Source: Prorocentrum cordatum (Eukaryota). Taken from it: 57,179 bases of DNA. The notes beneath the pieces were generated by a model. It did not search any database, had not been told where the DNA came from, and saw only the letters and a program-made list of their open reading frames with translations. Position 1 is the first letter of the stretch; every line of letters begins with the position of its first letter. The stretch spans positions 62,001 to 119,179 of the forward strand of contig CAUYUJ010000042.1 of NCBI GenBank assembly GCA_963575745.1. The letters are read 5' to 3'. Position numbers and translations under genes: made by a program. Shown piece after piece: positions 34,501-47,172 of the stretch.

Positions 34501-37500
34501 ATTGTGCATGATCGAAAGTCACCCTCCTTGGGAAGCGCAATGAATCCTGAATGGTGACCGAGCGGATTCCGGGCGACCCGCCCGTTTCGTCGAGTGCGAA
34601 CCTTGCAAGATTCAGCATGCTCGCGCGCGCCCGCGCGGAAAGTTTTGCATTTCCGAGAATGCAATGTCATCCTGTCGGTTTGGGAACTACAACACATCTT
34701 CAACGGTGGCGGAGAGGATGTCGGGTTACCCGCGCGACTCGTCCAGCGTGGACAGTGCGGTATTTTCAGCGCGCGCGTTCGCGTGGAGGGTTTTGTATCG
34801 CCCGCAATACATGGTTACCCTGTTCGGTAGGAAATTTACGTGAGCGGTGGCCGAGCGGATTCCGGTTGACCCGTCCGATCAGTCCAGCGTTGGCAACGCA
34901 GGGCTCCCCACGCGCGCGCATCCGCGAGGGGGGAATTTGTTTTGTTCATACTGGAAAGTCAACTTGTTGGTTCTGGAAACTAAACATGAACTTTGACGGT
35001 GGCCGAGTCTGTCTCTTGACGCAAACCAGATTGTTCCACGCGCTCGCGCCCGGGTGGAAGGTTTTGCAGTGCCAGGGATAGAAGGTCACTTTGTTGGCTT
35101 GGAAACTTTAGCGAACCCTGAGTGGTGACCGAGCGGATGTCGGGTGACCCTCTCGATGTGTCTAGTGCTGCCAAGACAGAAGCCGCCAAGCTCGCGCGCG
35201 CATCCGCGCGGATAATTTTTTGTTTGCGACAGAATGGCAGCCTGTTTGCGACTGCTAGCTTGGGGGTCGTAGTGAACGCTCAACGGCGACAGCGGATGTC
35301 GGGCGACCCCCCCGGCTTGTCTAGCGCGGGCAATGCGCGGGCAATGCAGAATTTCTTTCGCGAGCGCGCACCCGCGTGGAGATTTCTGTCGTCTCCACGA
35401 GACAGCCACCCTGTTAGCATGGACATTGAAATAAACTCTCAGCGGTGGCCAGGCTGGTTCTGGGCGACCCGACCGACATTTTTCTCCGCGCGCGCGTGCG
35501 CGTACCAGCGTGTAGGCGATTGCATTCTACTGTATAAAGGCCCCCATTGTTGGTTTGAAGGCTACAGTAGATTTATAAAGATGACCGAGCGGATTTCGGG
35601 AGACACGCCCGGCTTGTCTAACATGATCCGTGCAGAGTTCTCCACGCTTAGGCGCGCGCGTACGTGGAGAGTTCTATTTCGTCTACAATAAGGCATTGCC
35701 CTGGTGGCAGGGAAGTTAAAAAGGGCCCATGACGATGACCGAGCGGATTTCGAGTGACCCGCCCGACTTGTTGATTGTGGGGGCCGCAGAACTTTCCGCG
35801 CGTGCGCGCGTACCTGCGTGGATTGATCTGCATTGCCCACAATCGAAAGTCATGTTGTTGGCTTGGGAACTACGGCAGGCCCCTAACGCTGACAGAACGA
35901 ATGTCGGGTTACCCGCCCGACTCGCCTAGCGTGGGCAACGCGAAACTCTCCGCGCGTGTTTGCGCACCCACGTGGGGAGGTCTGTTTTGTCCACAGTAGG
36001 AAGTCACCTTCGCAGCTTGGGAACTCAGGCATCGATGGCTGGGCGGATTCTGGGTGACGCGCCCGACTTGCCCCGCGTGGGCGACGCAACGCACTCCACT
36101 TTCGCGCGCGTGCTCGCGTGGAGCGTTCTGCTTTGTCGGCGATGAAAAGTCACCCTGTTGGCTTAGAAACTATTGCGAAACCCTAACGGTCACCGAGTGG
36201 ATTTTGGGTGACCCGCCCGACTTATATATTTAGCGTGGGCAATTCAGAGTTCTCCGTGCGCCCGCGCGTATTTTTGTAAAGAATTTGAGATCTTCCGCAA
36301 TATGAAGCCACCTTGTCGGCTGAATTATTGTTTCGGTTCCGAACGGTGACTGGCGGATTTCGGGTGGCCCGCACAATTTGTCTGGCGTGGACAATGCAGA
36401 ACATGGTCTTCGATCGCAAGCCACGGTCGCCGATCGGATTTCGGATGATCCGCGCGACTTGTCTAGTATGCAGAAGACAAAATTCCCCACGCGCGCTCGA
36501 GTACCCGCGTGAAGAGTTCTGACTTATCCACAATCAGACATCACACTGCTGGCTTGCAAGTTGAAGTGCGCCCTTCAGGGGGCCCAAGCGAATTTCGGGT
36601 GGCAATGCGTGGGCGATGCAGAACTTCCAACGCGTGCGTACCCGCGTGGAATGTTTTTGCATTGCCCACAACAGACACCTTGTTGGCTTGGACACAGAAG
36701 GAGCTCGTAACGTTGGCCGAACGAATTTATGATGACCCGCCCGACTGGTCTGTCTACAATGTAGAATTGTCCATTCGTGCGCGTGCGCGCGCGGAGGGTT
36801 TCGCATTTTCCACCGTGCAAGGTAACCTGTTGGCTTGGAAGCTAGAGTGGTTCCTGAGCGACGACCGGGCGAATTGTGGGTGATCCGCCGGACTTTTCGA
36901 GTGCGGACAATGCGCGCTCGCGCCCGTTTGGAAGTTTTTTGCCGCGTGGACAATGCACTGTCACCCTGTCGTCTTGGAAGCTAAAGTGGTCCTTTAGCGG
37001 TGGCCGAGCGGATTTCAGGTAACCCGCCCCGTTTCTCGGGTTTTGACAGAAGAAAACTCTTTCCATGCGCGCGCGTACCAGCGTGTTTTTTTTTTGTGTT
37101 CCCCAGAACAGCACGCCACTTTTTTGGCTTGGGAACAAACGTGAGCCTTTCAGGGTGGCCAAGCTGATGTCGGGCAACCCGCCCGACTTGTTGGGTTAGA
37201 CGCAACTCTTCACGCGCGCGCGTACCGCGTGGATATTTCTGTTCTGACCGCAATACAACGTCGCATTCTGGGTTGGGAAACTAGAGTGAACCTTCAGTGG
37301 TGGCCGAGCGGATTTCGGGTGATCCGCCTGGTATGGACAGGACGGGCAATACAAGGCTAGCTCTTCACGTTCGCGCGTACCCGCGTGGAGGGTCTTGTTG
37401 TGTACACACTTAAGAGTCACCCTGCTGGCTAGGAAACTACATTGAATCTTTAACGGTGACCGATCAGATTGCGTGTGTCCCGCTAGACTTGTCAACTGCG

Positions 37501-38215
37501 GACCATAGATTTCCCCACGCGCGCGAGTACCCGTAGAGTTTTGCATTGTCCGCAATCAAACGTCCCCCCGTTGGTTTGGGAACCAAATAAATCCTCAGCG
37601 GTGGCCGAGCGGATTTCGGGTAACCCGCCCGTATGCGCGCATACCCGCATCAAGAATTCTGTTTTGCCTAGAACAAACAGTCACCCTGTTGCTTGGGAAA
37701 GTGAAATGAGCCCTTCTCGGTGGCCGAGCTGATTTCGGTTGACCCGCCCCGCTTGTCCAGTGTGGGCAATACTGACCTCTCCACTCGCGCGCGCGTGTCC
37801 GCGTGAAGAATTTTGTATCGTCCACAATCGAACGTCGCCGTGTTGGTTTGGGAATTAGAAAGAACCCATAACGGTGACCGAGCAGTTTTCCGGGTGACTC
37901 GCCCGACTGCCCTAGTGCGTACAATGCAAAACTCTTTATTCGCACGCGCGCGAACCCGCGTGAGAAACCGGTTGCGTTGCCCGCAGCAGGACGTCACCCT
38001 GTTAGCCTGCATAACTAAAATGTGTCCTTGACGGTGGCCGGGCGGATGCTTGATAACCCGCCTGCCTAGTCTAAAGTGGACAATACATAATGTTCAAAAC
38101 GCGCGCGTACCCGCGTGTAGGGTTGTTTGATCCACAATAGAAAATTGCTTTGTTGGCTTGGATACCCAAATGCACCCGCAACGGTGACCGAGCGGATTTT
38201 GGGCAACCCGCGCGG
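31540..38215. repeat. ~150 bp CpG-rich satellite array (~6.7 kb)
   Basis: gagcggat-like cores at about 35131, 35291, 35587, 35741, 36041 and 36194. Consensus ggtgaccgagcggatttcgggtgacccgcccgacttgt...ccacgcgcgcgcgtacccgcgtggag...gtcaccctgttggcttgggaact. Confidence 0.9.
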
Positions 38216-38881
38216 GAGTCTCGATCCACACCAGAGCGGAGGCCGTGTCAGGTGTGGCGTCTTTGGCCCAGAGAGGGTGCGCAGGGGAAGGTCCCTGAGC
38301 GCGGTCCCTGTCCAGGCCAGTGCTGCAGGGCGTGGCGGGCGCGGCCTGACGGCAAAAAGGGGCGCGCAGGGCGCGGTGAAGCGCTGGATCTTTTTTGTTA
38401 AAGTGTCTTCCTTGAGTCATGTTTGAAACATTGTGTTTAACATTACCTCCTCCTTCCCTCCCCCCCTCCCTCCCCCCATCCGTTTTCCGTTTCCCTTCTC
38501 TCCCCTTGCCCTCTCATTTCTTGGGTCGTTTGGGGCCGCATTGCCGACGAGATTTTCTGGGAAGTTCGAAACCTTGTCCAGCACCACCCTGGCTACCCTC
38601 TCTCCCCGTCCTCCAAAACAGCAACATTCACCTGTCACCCAAGGGGCCGGCGAGTTTAGATGCACGACGCATTTGCCGATGGAGATGCACGAAATGATGT
38701 AGATTTGCATGCGAAGTGTTCGTGTTGATAGTGGGGTCCGAAGTTTGCAGTTACTTTCATTGCCTAGGATCGAAGAATTTGTTCAAGGAGGCGCTCTGGA
38801 GAGGTCCAGGTGCGGGTACCGAAGCTGAGCGGATGCTGGTCGGTACGAACATACGTAAGAATAACATCTTTCGTCTGCGTC

Positions 38882-38902
38882 CCCATAGCGTCTTGGCTCA
38901 GG
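38882..38902 (+). other. DinoSL relic upstream of an intronless gene
   Basis: CCCATAGCGTCTTGGCTCAGG, 56 nt upstream of the ATG at 38959. Confidence 0.6.
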
Positions 38903-38958
38903 TTGTGTTTCAAACACATACGCACACGCACCCAGGATAGCCGCGTCCTGCTCAAACC

Positions 38959-39333
38959 ATGCGGTTTTCGGCGGCCTTCCTCTTCGTGTTCTTCAGCTAC
39001 GCTGCCCAGCCAGCCAGCTCCCTGTCTGCTGACGAATCGTGGCCCTGGTCCAAGAAGAAGGTCGAGCCGGCCCCCGTGCAGAAAGTCGAGCCGGCCCCGC
39101 GGTCCGCGGAGGACTTGCTCGAGGAGCTTGCCGGGCCGGGGTGCTACATGCGCATGCAGTCAGGGTGCCCCAAGGCGCCCATGCGGACCGAGCTGTGGAG
39201 GCACGACGCGTGGGCTGAGCGGGAGGGCGTCGACGCGGCGGGGTGCCAGCTGCGCAAGCCAGTCTGGGACAAGTACTGCAACTCGAGCGACGCGCAGATG
39301 GCATTCGTCGCCGACAAGAACCGCACGCAATGA
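38959..39333 (+). CDS. Small secreted Cys-containing protein (124 aa), probable retrogene
   Basis: Signal-peptide-like MRFSAAFLFVFFSYAA; strong GC3 bias; four-Cys domain GCYMRMQSGCP...WRHDAW...GCQLRKPVWDKYC; SL relic upstream and A7 at 39458-39464. Confidence 0.8.
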   Translation: MRFSAAFLFVFFSYAAQPASSLSADESWPWSKKKVEPAPVQKVEPAPRSAEDLLEELAGPGCYMRMQSGCPKAPMRTELWRHDAWAEREGVDAAGCQLRKPVWDKYCNSSDAQMAFVADKNRTQ

Positions 39334-41217
39334 TGGCGTTCCCTCCCATCAGTGAGCGCTCCTGTTCCACACTTTTGAACCGCTCAGCGGTCGGCTGCCC
39401 CACCTCACGGGAGGCAGATCTTTTGTACATATTAATTTTCTTTGTATGGCCGCTCGCAAAAAAATACTGGACTCGTCAACCCTGGCCCCACAGCAACCCA
39501 ACGCTAAGCACATAGTTTTAATGCCTGCACAAGGGGTGCATACTATTTGCAAGTACATGTTGAACATCTGTGCAACGAGTGTTGTGACCGTATCTACAGA
39601 TCAACAGTTGTTAGCCCTATCATTCACATTACTCTTCACTTATCCTCATACGGGAAAGTAAATCCTTGACCCCCCTCCCTTTACATGTAGTCTTTTTGCC
39701 CCATCCAGACATCGAAACACATGGTTGATTTCGCAGACGGAACTCCATATGGACCAACATTCCCCCCAAGACAGCCCAAGACCAGCCTGGAAGAATCCCA
39801 AGAGGATCCCAAGATAGAACGACAGCCCCACCCAGGAGATTCCGAAGACGGCCCGACTCCCCCCCATATATTGCTCCAAGGTGGCCCCAAGATCCGCCGA
39901 GACGGCCCAATATGGGCCAACGGTACGGACTGCAACATAGTGGCGTTGCTTCCTGTGTTGACCCAGGATGTTTTTTACCGGGCCTGCAGAACAGCTCGGC
40001 AGAACCATCCAGGATGCATGTCGTTGTTGCGCTGGCACGGTGGCGTGGTTGATTGAAAGCAGGACACGTTCTGCGGATTGCTGGCGCGGAGAAATAAATC
40101 GCGGTATTAAGCATTGCGACCTAGGCGAACAAGTACCACCAGCCCAGTCCCAAGTGACTCCCCAGATGCCCCCAACAGGTCCCAGCAAGTTTCTAGCAGA
40201 TTGCTTCGACTAGTTGCCAACGCAACAACTAAGCACAGTTAAGGCCTGCCTGCCTCGCTGCAGCATCGAGGCGCTACCTCCCATACTGACCCATGAGTGT
40301 CATGTCCAGGCTTTGGATGAACTCGACAGAGCCAGCCAAGTGAGCGTTTTTTTTTCGGCGTTTCGGCATCGGGCGGCAAGGGGGGGGAGGGAGGGGTCTG
40401 GCTCCACACCTCTGCTTAGTGCGAGTGTTTTCAAGAGTGCGGCCTCTGGGGGAGACTCCACTCGCTCAAAACAGGCGCCAAACAACTGCCATGATCTACT
40501 CCATGAGGGGGGGGTAGGGGCGTTTGGGGGCCCGCGCCGATCGGCAAAGCAATGAATGAAACAACGATCACCAACATGCATATCGATCAAACTTGTTACA
40601 TCATTGACTTATTGAATCGCTTCGCTCATTCCGCCGGCCCGTATTTTGCCATCGGTGGCGCTTGCCAGCGCGTTCGTTGCTCATGCGGCGCTGTTTGACA
40701 GTGTTTTTCTTCCTGGAGGTGTGGCGACAGCAGGCATGGATGCGAAGTAGTTGCTTTGGAGCTTGTCGTAGGGGTTCTGGCCTCTCCTGCTCACCGACAT
40801 GGCTAGGTTGTGGGTCAGGAGCCACGCTTCAGAGCCCTCGGCAGCAACTACATGGGTAGCCCCGCGAGCGCCTGGGACAGCCGAGAAATTGTGCTATGGG
40901 GCCATTGACAGTATGTACTGCTCAGGAGTTTGGGGGACCGGGTGACGTTTCGTGTAGAAAGATATAGATAGTAGTGCCGCCGCTCATCGGTTCTGACATA
41001 ACCGTCATCCCAATTATCCCCACTACCCGCTGACAATCAATTGACATCGAATTGCCTCTGCGAGTCATGTGGTCAGCCAACTTCGTTCCAACGAATTGCA
41101 GGCCGCAATCACAATACATGGCAATTGACTGCATGTTTGCCTCGTTATGCACTGTTCGCCGACACGGTGAGCGAGCCGTTGTTACACGCGCTTTGGTCAA
41201 AGAGTGAACGGGCAGGG

Positions 41218-41235
41218 CCTGTAGCCTGGCTCAAG
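41218..41235 (+). other. DinoSL relic with an internal deletion
   Basis: CCTGTAGCC----TGGCTCAAG, 92 nt upstream of the ATG at 41328. Confidence 0.6.
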
Positions 41236-41327
41236 GCGTTGCCCCCGATCCGTTTTCCTCTGCAGCCGCTTGCCAGTGGCAGCACCAGTGGTGCTCCTAT
41301 GGGACATCGCGTCAGCTGTCTCGATCC

Positions 41328-43989
41328 ATGCTGAATCCCAAGTACGACGTCCTCGATGTGAGGTACAGCGACGGCAGCCCTGCCGTCCTGCGGCACGTCG
41401 ACGGCACCGGTTGTGCCTACTACGCTTCGGGCCGGCGTGCGATCTGCGTCTCCGCCTGCGGCCTGAACGCCCTGGGCGAGGCCCGGCGGTTCAGCGCCGT
41501 CGTGCACGGCGACACGCCGAAGTGCCCCCTGCTCGGCGTCATCGACGAGTGGGGCCGTGGCTACCTCGACGGGCTGCAGGGCCCGCAGGAGAGGCAGCCG
41601 CCGAAGGTGCTGCTCACCGACCAGGGGATCACGCTGATCGATGGCAACGGCGTCGCGAAGGAGATACCCGGCGGCGGCGGTGCAGGCGCCACTCCTGGAG
41701 CCGCAACGGCGCCCGAGACGGCGTTCAAGGTGGCGGAGGCCATCATGCTGAGGCACGTCCTCGGGCGCACAACGCTGGACTTCCAGTCCAAAGGGGTCAG
41801 CCATACCTTCGCGCTGGGGGAGCTGCGTTGCCAGGACGTCCCGGGCCTGTCGCTCAGGGGTTCGGCCAGCCTGCCCGAGAACAAGGACCTGCAGGCGACG
41901 AAGAAGCTGCTGGCTGGTGTTCAAGAGAGGGTGAAGGCGATCAAGGTCGAGACGGGCCAGAAGGACAGAAAGCCTCCCTTCACGCTGGATACCAGCAATC
42001 TGCAGGAGGTGCTGGACAATCTGGCGACCCTGCCGCAGAAGCTCCACCGAGAGCCGATGGCGCCCGTGAACCTGGAGTGGCGCACAGAGCTGAGGCTCAG
42101 GGAGCTCCTGTCCGAGGCGCACCCGCAGTGCCCCGGCATCAAGGACCAGCACAACTGGACCATCCACCGGGTGGGCGGCCGCGCGAGCCTGGAGAGGCTC
42201 GAGAAGGTGAAGCCGACGGTGCAGACGCCGAAGACCATCCCGCTGGTCAAGGGCGAGAAGCTCCAGGAGCTGATCGACGACTGCGCCGCCAAGGCCTTGG
42301 CATCGCTTGGACGTGTGCATGTTTCCTTCGGCGAGGACCATCGAGGAGCATCCTTGATCATTTGGCGAAAAAAACCACGCACGAAACCATCAAAAACACA
42401 GGGAATGGACGTCCGAGCGATGGCCAGAGGGCACCCTCCTGGTGGTGGTCTGCACCGCGACCTGGGCCCGCGAGCAGAGCGGCCACGCCCAGCTGCTGGC
42501 GGAGAAGGTGCACGCCGAGCTCCTGCGCAGGATGGCCGAGTCGCAGCGCTGCCCGCGCTTCGCCGCCCTGGAGCTCACCGACGGTGGCGGGGCCGTGGCG
42601 CGGTACAACGTCAAGGACCAGCGGAGGAGGAGGAGGAGGAGGAGGAGGAGGAGGAGGAGGAGGAGGAGGGAGCGAGCGAGCGAGCGAGCGAGCGAGCGAG
42701 GAGCGAGAGAGGAGGCGAGCGAGCAGCGAGAGAGGAGGAGGAGCCTCGAGGAGCGAGCGAGGAGCGAGGAGGAGGAGGAGGAGCGAGCGAGGAGGGAGCG
42801 AGGGAGCGAGCGAGGAGGAGGAGGAGGAGGACAGGTGGCTGCACGTCGACGACGTTCTACTGCCACGAGAGTGAGTGAGTCAGTGAGTGAGTGAGTGAGT
42901 GAGTGAGTGAGTGAGTGAGTGAGTGAGTGAGTGAGTGAGTGAGTGAGTGAGTGAGGAGGAGGAGGGGGAGGACGAGGAGGAGAACGAGGAGGAGGAGGAG
43001 AACGAGGAGGAGGAGGAGGAGCGAGCGAGGAGGAGGAGGAGGAGGAGGAGGAGGGGAGAGGGAGGAGGAGGAGGAACGAGGAGGAGGAGGAGGAGGTACC
43101 GATGCCGCCACCCGTCCCCCGTTGCGACGGCTGGCTTCGGCTCGAAATTGCCGTCCGAGCGCACCGCGGGAGAGGTCCTGGGAGTGGCAGCAATTGGTGC
43201 CCCTCAGTCCCCCCAGAGGAGGTGCCCCATTGCTTGATGTTCCAGGGCGGCTCGCTGGTGCACTCGAAGCGGATGCGCGGCACAAAGGACCTCCGCGACG
43301 TGCGCGACGCAGAGCTCACGCGGCCTAGGGCGCTGCTTGTGGAGCCCAGTCCGGCGCAGCAGCTGAAGCTGGAGCGCTCTGTGCGACGGGCAGGATGCAG
43401 CTCCGACCTCGCCTTCGATGCGCCCCACGCGCTCCGGCTCGCCTCGCAGCAGGCCTACGGCGTGCTGTTTTTTTCCGCGCAGCTGGCCCCGGAGCAGCTG
43501 AAGAGTGTGGCGGCGGAGGTGCGGCACCGCACGCCTCACGCGGTGCTCTTGGCGTACAACGCGGCGCTGCGGGCCCCGGAGAGCCAGCACCCTACGCAGA
43601 GGAAGGAGCTTCTGGAGGACTGCTCGGACACGTTCCCGTTCGTGCCGAGCTACACGAGCTTGGCAGCGGTGCTGGCGCGCTACGGGCCCGGAGGCGCTCC
43701 GAAGGAGGCCTGCAGCCCTGGCGCCACGGCAGGCCACGCGAAGGACTTCCTCGACGAGGTGCTCGGCGTCCTGGACGGCAAGAGCAGCAGGTGATGGGCC
43801 TGCTTTCCACCACCACCACCAAAAATTGGAGGGGGAGGGGGTCCACCTTCTCCTCCTCCTCCTCCTCCTCCTCCTCTTCCTCCTCTTCCTCTTCCTCTTC
43901 TTCGTCCTCATCCTCCACCTCCCTCCCCCCTCCAACTGATGGTGGTGGTGGTGGAAAACAGGCCCATCAGCAGGCTCTCCGTCGCCTGA
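41328..43989 (+). CDS. FAM194/C3orf20-like protein with thioredoxin-like and receiver-like C-terminal regions; exons 41328-42293, 42430-42615, 43219-43790, 43974-43989 (~579 aa)
   Basis: YSDGS...VDGTGCAYYASGRRAI is a FAM194-like motif. The joins DDCAAK|GTLLVVVC and RYNVK|EVPHCLMFQGG are in frame; ALLVEPSPAQQLKLERSVRRAG is receiver-like; GC3-rich codons. Family assignment is from memory, not a search. Confidence 0.7.
42294..42429 (+). mobile_element. GC-AG intron with terminal inverted repeats (introner-like)
   Basis: Start gccttggcatcgcttggacgt; reverse complement of the end is ctctggccatcgctcggacgt; AG|G at both junctions. Confidence 0.6.
43791..43973 (+). mobile_element. MITE family C acting as a GT-AG intron (introner)
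   Basis: TIRs tgatgggcctgctttccaccaccaccacca / tggtggtggtggtggaaaacaggcccatca with gcagg duplicated on both sides; splicing restores ...KSSRLSVA*. Confidence 0.7.
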
Positions 43990-44997
43990 GGCTCAGGGGT
44001 GGCCTAACCGATCCCTAGCAAACCATCCCCCTCCGTGACGTCCCCCTCGCTTCGCCCCGAGATGTATGTATGCGGCCAGAGGGGAACTCGAAAGGCGAGA
44101 CTCACGTCACGGAAGGGGATGCTTTGCCAGGGGTCGGTCAGGCCGCGCCCGAGAGGCCCCCTCCCATCCCCTGCTGCTCGCAGAAGGGCCCCCCGCTGAT
44201 GCCCCAGAGGGGCACAGGTGTGTCAGTGGATTAGCTGCGCGTAGGCCTAGCATTTGAGCTGGCCCACCGTCTACACACCCAGAGATCCAACGCATTGAAG
44301 AAATCAAGACGCAGGTTTTTGTTTGTTTTTCGATTTTCGGCCTCTATGGAGGGGCCCTCGCCGGAGCGCGGGGCCGTCAAAAAACGACCCAGGATGGAAA
44401 ACCGGTCCCGGGGAAGGGGCCGAGACTTCCAGGGGCCCCGCGCTGCCAAAAATTCGCGACGTCGGACCTCTGGGCACAGCGTCGCCCTCGCCGAGGCGTC
44501 TGTGCTCGGCCCGTCGGGCAGAGAGCTGTGCCCGCCGCGGTGCGGCTGAGAAGACCGCGGAGGATGATGATGATGATGATGATGATGAGGAGGAGGAGGA
44601 GGAGGAGGAGGAGGAGGAGGAGGAGGAGGAAGGAGGGGAGGAGGAGGAGGAGGAAAAGGAGGAGGAGGAGGAGGAGGAGGAGGAGGAGGAGGAGGAGGAG
44701 GAGGAGGAGGAGGAGGCGCGCTCCGGCGGCCGCCCCCCTCCTGCCCGGCCGCGCCGCGGGGCGCCCATGTCTGCTCGGCCTGCTGTGCTCTTGCACGCCC
44801 CGGCCGTGGGCCACGCTGAAGTCGTTGGGCGCCGCGTAATGGGGGGGTCATAAATGGGGGGGTGGCGAGCGTGGTCCGAAAAGGTACCCAAACGGTACCT
44901 AAACGAGCCCCCTGGGGCTCTGGAGGGGCCCGAAAGGGGCACGAAAGGGGACCTTTTCTGACCCCCCCATTTGTGACCCCCCCATTCAGCCACGCCC

Positions 44998-45155
44998 AAA
45001 GTCGGGCCTGTCCCCCTACAGGAGGAACATCCAAAAAGAGTGAAAACACCGTCGGGGGAAAATGTTGTGAGCATTTTCTGGCTACTTGCGGGCAGGTTTG
45101 GGGCATGCTTGATTTTTCGTCTAAAGGCCCCCTGGAGGAAGACATGCCCGACCTA
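44998..45155. mobile_element. MITE family A, copy 4
   Basis: aagtcgggcctgtccccctacagg ... cctggaggaagacatgcccgaccta. Confidence 0.65.
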
Positions 45156-46810
45156 AGGCCACGCCTGATCAGGGGTCGCCAGGATCTCGAGGTCCTGTCT
45201 GCTCAATTCCTTGGAGCCGGGCGTCTTCGCTCCATGTCGGGCCCCGGGACCCTCGCAGGTCGAGCCTGCTCGAGAAGTGGCGCAGCAAGATATGGGGTCC
45301 AGGAGTCTGGTCGTGATTTTTGGCGATGCTGCAATTGTTTTGGCAACGCTGGATCTTAGGGGCCCTGGCGCTCCCCGGTTGCAGCTTTCCCCCTGCCTCA
45401 GTCTCTGGACGCACCGTCTGTCCTGACCTCCGATCCGCCGTGCTGTGTGGGCGAGTCCGTAGAGGAGGGCGGGAAAAGCCGCCCTGCTTTTCAAGCTCAC
45501 TTTGATGCTGATGTCTGCCCTACTTAGCCGTCGCTGTTTCCGCCGGAGATATATCCGCATTATTTGTCTGATGCGGGAATTTCCGCCCTGTTTCGCGCTT
45601 TCGGGGTGCATTTCTGACAATCATCGCCAAAGTACGGCGGTTCCGAAATCAGGGTGGGCCTGCACCCAGTGACTTTTTCCTTGCCGCCACAGCCGTACGG
45701 TCGGGAACTTTTGGACAGCGTGTCGTTCCGCCAGTTCTGGCCCACCGCACTTCGGCGCGACTCGCTATCCACTTCCCCGTACCCCAGCGTCCACGTCCCG
45801 AGCTTTCCCCACCATCACCCCGCAGAACGGAGCGGGCATGGCATGTCGCCGGGGCTGCCGGGGCGACACGCCATCCAACAGTTCCCAACCGCAGGCGCCA
45901 TGACCCGTTCTGACAACCACTCTGCGGCGAGGGAGGGGGGGAGGGAGGGAGGAAGGGAGGGAGGGAGAGCGGGCGGGAGGTAAGGAGGGAGGAAGGGAGG
46001 GAGGGAGGGAGGGAGGGAGGGAGGGAGGGGGGAGGAGGGAGGAGGAGGAGGGAGGAGGAGGAGAGGAGGAGGAGGAGGAGGAGGAGGAGGAGGAGGCGGA
46101 GGAGGAGGAGGCCGAGGAGGCCCGCAGCAGCCCCGCCGGGTCCGGGCCGCGGCGCTCGCAGTGCCGTGCCCTCGGCTCCTGGGGCCCTTCTGCTCCGTGG
46201 CCGAGGCTCGCCGTTCAGGGGCACGGTGAGTCACCACCTCCACCAAACCACCCCAACCCACCCCGAAGGCCCCAGTTTGCCTCTATTCCTGGGCTGGGCG
46301 AAAGGGGGGGATTGGGAAAGGGGGGGTTACGAAATTTGCTGCATGCAGCTGGTTTCGGCCTCACCGAGGGGCCCATTCCTCGATACATGGCCGCCTCCGG
46401 CGCTGGGAGGCGCCGGGAAAATCAGCTACGTGAGCTGATTCTCAAACCCCCCCTTTGTTATCCCCCCCTTTCGCCCGACCCGACCATTCCCAGTGGGGGA
46501 GGGCGTCGGGGAACACTCAAAGTACACACGTGGAGCCCGCACCCGCCCCGACACGAACTGCGGGCATTCGGGTTGGGCTGGGCTGGTCTGGTATGCAGTC
46601 AGTTCGGGAGGGGGCATATCGGCTCCGGGGGGGATGCAAGGTCCAGGCGTGAGACGGCGATCGGCGCGCCCCCGTACGGCTCCTGCCGCCCGGCCCCCCG
46701 GGCGCGGTGAGGACGACCCCGCCCTCATCTCAGACTGGGACGCCGCGGGGGGGGGACGCCTCGCCAGCGCGGCGCCCGCCGTACTCCGCGGCAGGAGGGA
46801 AGGGTGGGCG

Positions 46811-46921
46811 GGGGAGGGGGAGGAGGAGGAGGAGGAGGAGGAGGAGGAGGAGGAGGAGGAGGAGGAGGAGGAGGAGGAGGAGGAGGAGGAGGAGGAGGAG
46901 GAGGAGGAGGAGGAGGAGAGA
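46811..46921. repeat. (GAG)n tract 5' of the LINE
   Basis: Visible directly in the sequence. Confidence 0.9.
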
Positions 46922-47172
46922 GGAGAGGCGTTTGGCCGAAGACGCTCTTTTCGCCCACAGGGGGCAAGCAGACCGGCCTTACCCTTTGCGCGTCGGGGGC
47001 TCGCACCGCCCCGACCGCGATCATCGGCATCCTTTCTTCACGCACAAAAGAACCAGGGTGGCACAGGCGCAGCAGGGCGCGCCGCTCGTGGTGCCGAGTG
47101 CTAGTACGGCTGGCGAGGGCCAGAGAGGTGCTTAGCGAGCACCACAGCGCCCAGCAGCAGCCACGGAGCAGA

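Noticed and set aside
46804..47172. N-terminal poly-G extension of the 675-aa ORF
   Set aside because: Derived from the (GAG)n tract and 5' UTR; the ATG at 47173 is the plausible start.
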